Source of the DNA: Kipferlia bialata
Lineage: Eukaryota
Assembly: GCA_003568945.1 (NCBI GenBank)
Contig: BDIP01000051.1
Location: 1 to 36,125, forward strand
Direction of reading: 5' to 3'
DNA length: 36,125 nucleotides
In this document: positions 25,505-36,125 of the stretch, in pieces
How the letters are laid out: every line of letters starts with the position of its first letter
Position numbering within the stretch: position 1 is the first letter of the stretch
Notes under the pieces: model-generated
Databases searched by the model: none
Told to the model about the DNA's origin: nothing
Seen by the model: only the letters and a program-made list of their open reading frames with translations
Position numbers and translations under genes: made by a program

Positions 25505-27640
25505 CTGTGCGGGTGAGTAGACGGGCAAAGAGAGAGAATGTCAAACATTCCACTTGCAGCCATATGAACTCTATTCTACTGTGCATTGACCAGTGCGAAC
25601 AATTCAATACTGACACTGATAGGAAGCATAGATCTAATCTTACAGACACATTATGTAATATACATACAATACCTGTATTGTGATCTTTGGCACCTCTACC
25701 CCATACTATATATATATGAATTAACTATATATATATATATATATACGATGTGGTACACCTGTATTGTGATCTTTGGCACCTCTGCCCCAACCTGGGTGGG
25801 CATGTTCTGACAGCCTGGGGGGGGAGAGAGAAGTATACTTAGTAACGATACTCCACCCTACACCCTATAGGTATATTGTATATTGTATGTATACAATATT
25901 ACATAATGGCATGCTCTGACACCCTGTGTGATACAATGACAATCCCTGGCTCTATGCTACCATGGGATAACCAGGTATATATATATATATATATATAAAT
26001 GCATATATATACTAGGTATATATACCTAGGTACACAATGTACACCGCCAGGAACCCCATGGCCACAAACCCATAGCTGCCTGGGGTGAGGGTGCAGAGAG
26101 AGAGAGAGAGAGAGAGAGAGACAGCTACACAGAGGAGTGAGGAGAGTATTTCTATACGGCAGAGTACGTCTAACGCCTATTGATGATGATCACAAACCAA
26201 GGATACATGCATAGATATGTATGTATCCACGTACCTAGCTTCACGATCTTGTCGATCTTTGTGATGCAACTGACACCAAAGAGACCCACCATGACAACCA
26301 GCGACAGGAACACATCGGCCTAGGGTAAGTGTTATGCTGACAGTACATAGATATATAAGTATATATATATATATATCCTTAGGATACTATGATACAGTGA
26401 GACATTACCACCAGGGAAAGAAAGACATCGGCCTAGGGTCAGCACGTGTAGGTATGTGGATTGTGTATATGGATATATATATTACATGTTTAGTATGCAC
26501 TCATACAATGATGCAGGCCATGACAAACAGGGACAGTAAATACCTTGAATGTGGGCACTGCTAGGCATACCTTGATACACACACATATATATATATATGT
26601 ATATATATCATACACTGATATATATATATTATTATATGTATATACCTTGAATGTGGGCACTGCCAGGTACACAATGTGCTGCAACAGATGGGTGCTGGGG
26701 TGAGGGAGAGGTACTATCACGGGATTCGAATAAGTTACAAGACAGCCAGAAGTAGTGAATGTGTATACTCCACATCTCTATATTCAGACCCACCGGATGA
26801 CAGAAGATAAGTACCCGTCTGACACATATATAGAGACTGTAGCAGAAATCACCGATAATAGTAATCCCTACCCTGTGGTACCCAACCCACCTAATTACAA
26901 AGTAGCTGATGGAACCCCCCGTCATGATGATCAGAGAGGCATATATATATGTATATACTAATACATATATATATATATATCATACAAGTATCACCATGTC
27001 ACCTAATTACAAAGTAGCTGATGTACCCCCCTGTCATGATGATCAGAGAGGCATATATATATATATATACTAATATATATAGACAAAGTTATGTTTCACA
27101 CTCCCTATATTATACTATATTATACTGGAGTAGCTACTATGTTACCTAATGACGAAGTAACTGATGGACCCTCCTGTCATGATGATCAGAGAGGCATAGC
27201 GGGTGAGGGTGCTGCTCCAACGGCCTGGTATTAGGGCGAAAGGAGAAAGAAAGAGAAAGAAAGAGAGAGAAAGCAATGAGCATATCAGATTGAGGTATAA
27301 TAGGAAGTATAGGGTATATTGTGCATATACATGGTGTATAAGTGGTTAGACAGAGTGACAGAGAGAGGGAGAGACAGAGGGTCTCGACAGATACATAATT
27401 GAGCGACCAATATGGATGCCCGACAACACACACATACACACACACATGTATATATAAATAGCAGACTGGGTACCACCTGGGTAGCACCTCTAACAGAATT
27501 ACTATAATACTTGGAACAATAGTATCACACAAATGTATTACTAAGTGGCATTCAGTTACTTCACTGTGGGTACCTAGGTACATCTCTGATATCTCTGGGT
27601 AGTCAAGGGGGACAGGGCGGCCCTGAATGTAAGGGTGTAG

Positions 27641-27671
<31 letters not shown>

Positions 27672-28287
27672 TAGTCCAAGAGGACAGGGGGGCCTTGAAG
27701 GTCAGAGAGAGAGACAGAGACATAGAGGGCACCGAGGGGAGAGAGAGAATCAAAGGGGGTGTTTGCATCAACCGGACTGGATAATACAGTGTAGGTATAT
27801 ATATATATATACCCAATACTACTGAGGCAGTACCTGACTGAGCAAGATGGCCACATCTCTCAGAATGTATACACATGTGGTGCCGCATATAATCATGGCA
27901 ACTAGAGCAGCTAGGGGTCCACCTACGAATAAGGGTGTAGAGAGAGAGAGAGAGAGAATGATCATAGATACCAGGGCAGCAAGAGGGCCGATCGGTTCAG
28001 GGGGTAGAAGAGAGAGAGAGCATGGGCATATCATGGTAGCTAGGACCACTAGCACACCGAAGTATTGAGAATAGTTTAGGTGTGGGTCAAGAAAGAGTAC
28101 TGGATTACTAATGTGTATACCAACAGTGGAACACCACAGAGCGTGTCAAGTGTGGAGTACAAATAATTATAGAGGATATATATATTGAGGAGACGCACCC
28201 CATATTCCTGCGATCTGGTACCCCCAGGGCAGGGACAGGATGGTGGCACCATTCATGGTGGATACAAGTCTCAGGGTTAGAGAGGGG

Positions 28288-28318
<31 letters not shown>

Positions 28319-29062
28319 GGGCAGGATGGTGGCACCATTCATAGTGGATACAAGTCTGATGGTAAGGAGGATGGAAAGACAGAGAGAGAATGAGATATGG
28401 GCAGAACAGTGGAGACAGAACTGTTACTTGGAGGATGAAGAGAGAGAGAGTGAGAGAGTGAGAGAGAGGATTGTCCTACTTGAAATACAAAAGCTAGAGG
28501 GAAAGGAATATGGGTGGGTGGTGGGGGTGGGAGCCCCAATGTGAGAAGAGCCCAATACATAGAGTGAAGGTTACGCGAGAGAGGAGTAAGAAGAAATACT
28601 TCCAAATGCACGCCAACAAATCCTACACTGACCCATAATGGCTCAATACTAAGTCCCGCTGATGCTAGAAGAATAGGTGGGGTACATAGAGGCAGGTGAC
28701 TCTCACACCGAGTTTCAAATAGGCAATGATTCAAATCTACATACGTGAAGATGATCTCCCGACTACTCTTTGGCTGGAGTGCCTCTCCTCCTGCAGTGGC
28801 AGGGGCAGCATAGAGTGTCCCTAGAGTCAGAGACCGTGCAGAAGAGTGACACACATGCAAGCTATTACTGAATCCTCAGTGCATGCACAGACCATACAGA
28901 TAGACAGGAGTCATAGCACATGTACACAGGTACCACCCCCAGCAGTATATACACCCGTAAACATACACACGCACCATCCTCACTGGACATCCCAGAGGAA
29001 GGAAGATTCATGACTGGGGCTGACTGAGGGTGTAGAGACCTGTTTTTGTCTTGACGGTACAT
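20459..29062 (-). CDS. SLC38A9-like amino acid transporter (Aa_trans/SLC38 family); about 22 exons
   Basis: In-phase exons: KSSREIIFTLVSTMNGATILSLPWGYQIAG, LDYPEISEMYLGRWS, FLGVCVTNFFIHSVILTIMR, RTRDTWLSY, FCVFPVIILIVR, LFYPNIGDILGFAGAVGG, ending LAGVAVYGQFMS* (TAG 20459-20461). These parallel recalled SLC38A9 motifs (NTMMGTSILSIPWG, FFIHN, FYPNIG, QFFM). The start at 29062 is tentative. Confidence 0.88.
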
Positions 29063-29424
29063 GTTCTGGTCCTGTTGTTCCTTTACAGACAGAGTGACTG
29101 ATCAGAGCCCAGGTAGCGGGGCACCATGTTTGTGCTTACTCCTCAGTACGTGGTGGTGATTTGTATTTGACTCCTTAGTGTTCAGGTCAATTTGTGGAGT
29201 GTGCCGTATTGTGAGTCGAAGTGGTACTGATGTGTTGTAACTACTATATTGTCTTGTGTTGCCATAGTGAGTGCATAAGTTGTCCTATTTGAGTCTCATT
29301 GTCGTAGGGTAGCAGGTAGTGTATGTGTGTATTGTGTTGTGGCTTGTATGCCGAGAGTGCTTTTGATACCGGTACCGGTACCGATTACATACATTCATAC
29401 TTCTTATCAATTCACCACATTGCC

Positions 29425-30610
29425 ATGTGCATTTCCCCTGACCCCAGACTTGAGAGACACATCCTGAGTGCATGCTCCATACCTGCCCCCCTGGTGGGGG
29501 ATGCCCTTGGGAAGGCACTGTCTCTGCACGGTCAGAATGAGCTGGGTATGATTAGTGATATATATGTGTGCGTGCTATAATTGTGCTTCAGTCACCAGTC
29601 TTGGGGTGTGTAAGTGCATGGTATATACTTACTCCAGACATTGGATCCATGGTGGCCCATGTGTCTGAGGCCCTGGAGGGTCTTGGAGACCAGGTAGTGC
29701 AGACATGATAGTGTATATACTGTACTTGCACTGGTGTTCATTACTCATCGCTCACCCCAAGGCTGGAGCGTTTGCCAAGCACACTGATGCCGAGAAGGAG
29801 GCCGAGATCCGGTCCCTGTCGCTGCTGGCCATCCACATTGCATGTGTGGCTGTGCAGCATGCACCCAACCCCAAGCAGCTGAGGGCAGCGCTGGCCGGAG
29901 AACTAGGTACAGACAGTGCTGCAAGAGTGTTGAATTGGTGTGTCACTGACCTCTCTCTAAGTCACCCCAGGAATGCCCGAGGCCCATGCCGCCTCGTTTG
30001 AGAGACAGTGGAAGGAGAGTGGCCAGGTCAGTGGACACTATATATATATATATGTATGTATATACACGTCACATGCTGTCCTTCTCTTGTCCCCCTTTCT
30101 GACATTCACACAGGCTACTCTTGGGGCAGTGCGGAATAGGGTTCACAGCTTGGGACTGCCTGTACTGAGGGATGTAGACTGGGAGCTAGGTACTGACATA
30201 GTTGGTATCGTGTAGTTGTTTCGGTCTCATCCCAGGAGTGCTGCTGAGCCATGATGGAACCCAGAAGGCCAGGTAACTCTACTTACACGAAGTGGGGAGA
30301 GGAACAAGTGGTGGAGTGTGTTGTTGCAGTCTTCTCTTCCAGTTGTCACTTGTCACCTCTCACACCTAAGGGGAGTACGTGTTACAATGAAGCTAGCGGT
30401 AACAGACGACCATGCTGATGCAGTGGAGGATGAGCAGAGGGATATTATGTTCAACACTGGACGAGAGGGACTTGAGGGACTTCTCCAAGGTATATATATG
30501 CTGCAGTGGCGACAGGCCTCATCAGATTCGTCATCCACTCAGATTTATCTAATGCTTCATTCACCCCAGCTCTTGACCAGGCAGAGAGGGCGCTCTACCA
30601 GGATGAATAG
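29425..30610 (+). CDS. COMM domain-containing protein (COMMD family; C-terminus most like COMMD8/10); 8 exons
   Basis: Spliced: MCISPDPRLERHIL...FERQWKESGQATLGAVRNRVHSLGLPVLRDVDWELGVLLSHDGTQKARGVRVTMKLAV...IMFNTGREGLEGLLQALDQAERALYQDE*. The L-x-D-V-D-W-x-L motif and C-terminal helix are typical of the COMM domain. Confidence 0.85.
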
Positions 30611-30776
30611 ATTACTGATAGGTTATTAATTCTCAGTCAGTGAAAGATATGATCAGTATCAGCATAATGGACACCAAGCCAAACAAAGACCAAATACATT
30701 TCAACCACTATTACCCAACCCATACTCCCACAACTGAATACACCACCCGAGGCAAACAGGACCAACTAGACAAGAT

Positions 30777-31246
30777 TTACTTGGAGGTGTTGGACTTGGC
30801 GGCAATCTGGCCGGCGGTCATGGAGCCCCAGCCACGAGCCTGGGACTTCACGGACCTCTGGGATCTGCGGCGCACAGTCACGATGGACTCCTTCTTGTGA
30901 AGCCTACGGCAAGCGAGGGTCCAGTCGATCTTACGGGGGTTCCACCTGGAGCTGAAGTGAACAGCGGTCTTGTGGTCCTTGAACATGAAGGGCTTTCCGT
31001 CTCCACGGACAAAGATGCTTCCGTAACCAGCCTGGATCTGACGTCCGGAGTAGGAGCAAGTATCACCAGTGCTGTGGGTGAGACTGAGCCGGCATAGAAG
31101 ACACAATAAATGAGTCAAAGCACATAAGAATGCCACAGAACCACCAAACACCAACGAGAGGCCTCACACCGCTCTAACAACGCAGCATCCCAGCTCCCTA
31201 ACTCCATATCAGCATCCCCTAGCTATCTACACACGTACCGGACCAT
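30777..31246 (-). CDS. RPL24: 60S ribosomal protein L24 (eL24), 100 aa, 2 exons
   Basis: Exon 1 31239-31246 (ATGGTCCG|gtacgt) and exon 2 30777-31071: MVRTGDTCSYSGRQIQAGYGSIFVRGDGKPFMF...WNPRKIDWTLACRRLHKK. The CSYSG and NPRKIxWT motifs fit eL24; the four-Cys pattern of Rlp24 is absent. Confidence 0.93.
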
Positions 31247-31444
31247 TTCTGGGGATTATTCCGTTCGCAAAAGTAGGCTTCGAGCTGACTCGGGACGCTG
31301 CGTTCAAGTGCAACGCTAAATGCAACTTGATTAGAATAAGAACTACGACACGAGAAAAACAATGTTTTTCAAGAATCAAAAAAAAGGTTCACCAGAATCC
31401 TGTCTGCTTTGGTTCAATGAGCCCAGAGGTCACTCTGTTCTTCT

Positions 31445-31677
31445 GAGTATAGATGGGTTCGGTGATACAATGTATCGCCGGGGAACTTCTCTGGACCACA
31501 TGCTAGTAACTAGCGAGCCATGCGGCACAAAGCCTCCATCCCCGGCGTAATTAGCGAAGAAGCCTTTTGGCTGAGCGAAGTCGGTGGGTGGAGGTGGTTT
31601 GTCTTAGCACAGTTATCCCAGTCTGTCCCTCCTTCCTTGTGAAGGCGTGGGATACCTCAACAGAGGGCAATCACTCT
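31445..31677 (+). ncRNA. Candidate RNase MRP RNA (RNase P RNA less likely)
   Basis: CR-I-like GGAACTTCTCTG-GACC (31482-31497) pairs with CR-V-like ACCTCAA-CAGAGGGC-A (31654-31669) to form a P4 helix with a bulged U. Also present: CR-IV AGTTA (31611-31615), a P3-like hairpin 31460-31480, P8/P9-like hairpins 31502-31514 and 31517-31526, a long G.U-rich stem 31532-31595 capped by AAGAAGC..GCTGAGCG, and a P19-like hairpin 31631-31645. Folded by eye; ends approximate. Confidence 0.6.
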
Positions 31678-31932
31678 TGTTTATTTAATGGTTCGTGGTT
31701 TCAGTTGTTGGGGGCAATGGAAGAGAATGGGACCAAGATCAATGGGGTGGTCTACTTTCAGGTATTCCTCTTATTCAACTCTTCTTTCGGAGCCACTGCT
31801 TACAAGTAGCATTCCACAAGTACATAACAAATTTACTAATTGGGTATTCTACGGCAACAGGATATGTATCACCAACGGAAGTGATATACACCCACTTGCT
31901 CTTCCTCCGCACTGACATGGTACACTCTAATA

Positions 31933-33349
31933 TTACTGCACCTCTAGCACTCCATCACTGCCAATGAGCACAGTGAAGTCTCCCCCTAGGCCCTTCTCTG
32001 AAAGGAATGGTTGCACTGCATACAGGGTCTCGGGGAGGAATGTGCCCTGAGTCAGTGGGCTCATAAAAACTACGCTATGCATGAAACACAGATACAAACA
32101 CACCTCCACTCCAGTGCTCTGGCCCTCGGTGAACAGGGCACTGTCGAATATGACGTCAGCGAGTGTCTTCTTGAACAGCCGGAATCCAGCGCCAACATCC
32201 AACTCAGACTGCGAGTTAGAGACACAGAGGTATGAAACTCCACCCACTGTATATGATATAGACACCCCACCTCCAGTGTGGCCTGGGTCTCGACAACCTC
32301 TCCATCCTCGCCCTTGACCACCTGGGATGAGGGACAGACAACAAATGACAACACTGGATGATCATCAGGCACCCTGACACACGGAAATGATTATAGAAAA
32401 GAATATTTGATACCTGCTCTGGGAGTGGGTCTGGATATGGGTGCACGACGAGTGTCCCTCTGGATGGCTGTGTCTCAGTCTCATTCAGCTGGAACACAAT
32501 GACTGGGTTCTGTCCAGCACCCATGCTACAGTGAGATAGGGAGAAGGGGACACAGTATATAACTACTACGCTCCACTGCCACTCACCCCTTGGGTCCTCC
32601 GCTGTTCTGAAGGGTCCACCTGCCAGGGATCTGAGGGTGAGGGGTAGTCTCAGAATGACAACACAGGATGGTGATATAATGCAACATATATAGTCCATAA
32701 TGCAAAGAGGAGCTGCTAACATGGACGTTGTCTCTCAGCCAGTGAGGCATATATATATATATACATGCATATATATATGTACTGATATGGTACCTGTATG
32801 AGGTGTCTGTGCTGGGTGGGCAGGTGCACCACACACGCACTGGTGAAGAGGGAGGGGAGGGAGGAAACGGGTACTGAGTGTGAGTATCGGTGGGAGCACG
32901 GGATGGACAGGGTAAATATGTATATATATACATATACATAAACATATACAGAATAGAATGGTCATATGCACGCACCAATGTGGATCTGCCCCCCTCCGGC
33001 CTTGCCGGTGTGGGTGACCCTGGACTCGAGAGCTGCCACATTGCCTGGTACACTCCAGATGTCATCAGACCAGTTGTAGGGGCCTGGGGGTGAGTGCCCA
33101 GGGTGGCCATCAATAAGCATTAGTATCAGTATCTATAAGTGTCAGTGTCAGCAGTGAGTGGCCCCCACCTGTGTACCCCTCCTCTGCGTTCACCATGGAG
33201 ATGACCACAAAGTGCTCGAGGGAGGAGGGGGCGGGGAGGGCATCTGTGGAGAACATGTCTGGCTCGCCCCCATCTACAGGCTGGACAATGGGAATACGCA
33301 CAACCTGACCGTCAATACACAGTGGTAAGCACATCACATCTCTGTATGT

Positions 33350-33391
<42 letters not shown>

Positions 33392-36060
33392 ACCCACCTT
33401 GAGCACTGAGTAGAAGGCTGAGGGGGTCAGGGCAGTCTGGGACTCGGCTGGGCCTAGGGTCAGAGGGACAATACCATACACACACCCAAGACTGTGACAG
33501 AGTATATCAAGACAGTACCGGTGCATACAATATACCTATCTACATAATGTCCACATCCATACATACCTGACAGGAGGCATGCGACCTTGGTGGCCTTGCG
33601 GGCATTGGTCTCAGTCAGCAGCTTGAGGGAGTCATATAGACCCGCAGCGCCCCTGGGATGAGAGGTGGGTACAGATATATATATATGAATGTGACGCATT
33701 TTGTGAACTAAGGTACACATCAGTATATACCCACCTACGGAGCAGCTTGGGTGCCTCAGCGATGAACCCTGCAAAGAGAAGGGACACACACTGGTCGAGG
33801 GTCAGGGAGTGGGCCAGCTCATAGGAACCAGCCACCTGACAGGTTAGGAGACAGAGGGCTGCGTATACCTAGGTACCGATAGAGAGTCAGTGACACAAGG
33901 CCATAGTGGTTGTGTCACCTTAGCCACTGCCTTCTCCAGCAGGGGTATGAGGTACATGTGCCTGTCTGCACGGCTGAAGAGAGGCCGGTATGTCTCGTTG
34001 ACAGGGAGGTAGTCATCCACACACACGCTCTGCCAGGAGCCGTTGAGGAAGAATCTGAGGTGAGAAGGATAGATGCACCACTAGCATTGAGTATGGTCCC
34101 AACACCCACCCACATATATATACAAATTAATATGACAACACTACTCACTTGAAGGTGTGGATGCCGAGTTGAACGCTGGACAGCTCCCGCTGGTAGAGGT
34201 TCTCTGGGATAAGAAGGCTATCCATATATACTTGTGTATGTGCACTAGTAGTATAGAAATCTGCAAAACACATATACTCAGTATCAGTACTGTGAAACAG
34301 AGAGAGAGAGAGAGAGAGAGAGACTCACCCAGGAGACCAGGGCACATGTGGACAGTAGAGCACATGGCCTGAAGTGAGACAACACAGAGAGAGAGAATGG
34401 CATTGGTGAGAGAATACACAGGGTAGACATATACATAGATATGGACATACATGGATATTCACAGATACATACCTGCAGAAGCCCTGTTCTGTGGTCTGAC
34501 CGGAATGACAAGAGGTCTCCCTTCTGACATGAGAGAGAGAGAGACTGTCAGCCAGTATCAGAAAGGTCTGCATAGATATATATATATCGCTGACAGTGTC
34601 ACTATGGCAACACGGCAATGTTGCGAATGTCTGCCCATACCTCTGGCATGACGCATGCCTTCTTGTCCAGCTTGGTGATACGACGCCACCAGAAACACTG
34701 GGGGTGAGGGGCAGTATATCACTACAGCACTACTCCACTATCAGGGCTGAGCAGATACATATATATATACATATACATATATATATACCCTCACAGCAGT
34801 TGGACTGACCTGGTCATATGCGGGGAAGGAGGGTGTCCCAACGGACTCCAGCTGCAGTGGGAACTCACCATCCACCAGCCTGTTCTTGCCCTGAGGGTGA
34901 GTGAATACATATATACATATATGTATGCACTGAATGCGTGGGTGGGGGGTTGTTGTGGGGGGGGGGGGGGGGGGGGGGGGATACATATACACAAGAGTGA
35001 TGCACCACTGTCTCGTACCTGCTCCTGGCTGCGGGGCCTCTCACCAGGGTGGGTCCCTTACCCACAAGGGCTGTGTTGTCTGGTGGTTAGAGAGAACTCA
35101 TCCTACATATGCATACAGTACAGGGTATGTTCTAGTCCACAAATAGATGCACACTCAACCCCACCCTGTGTGTCTGTGAGGCTGTCCCCTAGGACACCCC
35201 CGAAGTCAGCCCTGGCCCTGTTGTACAGCGCAACCAGAACGGTGAGGGCAGCATTACTGGGAGGTGAGACAGAGAGGAGAGAGAGAGAGAGAGAAAGAGA
35301 GACATGCACTCCCAACCCTACCGCCACTCCTACCTTGTCTGCTCCTGGGCCATGTCACCCGACACAGAGGGGGTCTGGGGTGAGGGGGGGGGGTGATAGT
35401 AATAGTATGCGTGTATATACACACAGCTGTGTCCCCACCTGCGCCAGGCACATGGGCATAGAGAGTGCATGATACAGGGGGTGGAGGGGGTGGGTGGTGT
35501 CAAGGTGGGACTCCAGGGTGGTGGTGGTGGACCTAGGGTGAGAGAGAGTCACTGGAATATGTATAGAGAGTAGTGCCTGATACCTGGCCCTTCCGAACCC
35601 CCCCCCTGTCTGACACGACTCCTCCAGCACTGTCCTCAACAGCTCATAGTCCACAGCCCCTGCATCCTCAGTCAGCAGAGTGCTGAGCACAGTGTACAGA
35701 CCACCTGCCCCAGCAGCCCCCTGCTGCCTACCCCTAGTGGGGCCTGAGGGGGGTAGGCCATGGCCAGCCTCCCCGTCCCCGTCCCCCCCCTCCACCTGCA
35801 GCATGGCCCTGGCCACATGGGCCATCCCATACAGAGACACGAGGGCATGCAGGAGGGCATGGGCAGACAGGACATCGGGGGCAGGGCGCACACTCCCGTC
35901 CCCACTCTCCAGCCATGTCTGGAAGCAGGACTCATAGTACACATCCCCCTGGGGGGTGTCTGGGTGGGGTGTTGCCTCGTTGCACCCCAGCATGCACTGC
36001 ACAGCCAGGCACAGGTCGCAGTCTAGGTCGGAGCCCCCACTCCTCTGGCCACTCCGTTGC
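31933..36060 (-). CDS. Calpain-like protein (CysPc plus domain III), catalytically degenerate; 5' end beyond the window
   Basis: Exons give LVDGEFP, WRRI, GIHTFKFFLNGSWQSVCVDDYLP, LLEKAVAKVAGSYE, FYSVL, WSDDIW, then domain III IPGRWTLQNSGG..QNP and YAVQPF..GGDFTVLI; TAA at 31933-31935. One junction near 35020-35080 has an unresolved phase. Confidence 0.85.
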
Positions 36061-36125
36061 CTGGGACTCAGAGAGAGGGAGGAGGGGGGGGGGGGGGGGG
36101 AAAGAGAGAGAGAGACGCGGACACT

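Noticed and set aside
31072..31238. snoRNA in the RPL24 intron
   Set aside because: Only a degenerate C-box-like ATGCTGA; no convincing D box with terminal stem and no H/ACA layout.
31420..31670. H/ACA snoRNA cluster reading of the structured region (hairpins followed by ACA)
   Set aside because: There is no proper ANANNA hinge or clear pseudouridylation pockets; the P4 pseudoknot plus AGUUA fit RNase MRP better.
31362..31967. Plus-strand ORFs of 62-90 aa in the RPL24-calpain spacer
   Set aside because: No family motifs, no splice architecture, and they overlap the predicted structured RNA.
208..36026. Most ORFs in the six-frame track (YIYI/CVCV/SLSL/ERER-rich)
   Set aside because: They are translations of intronic dinucleotide repeats or antisense frames. 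Real coding sequence is in short GC-rich exons.

Overview
Intron-rich, AT/microsatellite-laden eukaryotic genomic DNA. The intron style (GT donors; CT[CGAT]AC branch motif a few nt before YAG) and the gene set (hydrogenosome-type NuoE, beta-giardin-like protein) suggest a free-living fornicate such as Kipferlia; this is an inference. By splicing exons manually I reconstructed about 10 genes: a partial unknown gene, NuoE/NDUFV2 with an organellar presequence, an SF-assemblin/beta-giardin-like protein, an ARL6IP1-like reticulon protein, a GH30 glucosylceramidase whose 5' end I could not find, an unknown signal-peptide protein, an SLC38A9-like transporter, a COMM-domain protein, RPL24 and a catalytically dead calpain. 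A candidate RNase MRP RNA lies head-to-head with RPL24. Most ORFs in the supplied track are intronic noise. Three observations stand out. (1) Dozens of intronic 'echo' copies of exon ends carry their splice sites and sit in a fixed polarity. (2) These echoes differ from the real exons mostly at synonymous positions, i.e. they look coding-constrained. (3) Two introns only keep frame sensibly if they end in AT instead of AG at the branch-point-defined position.
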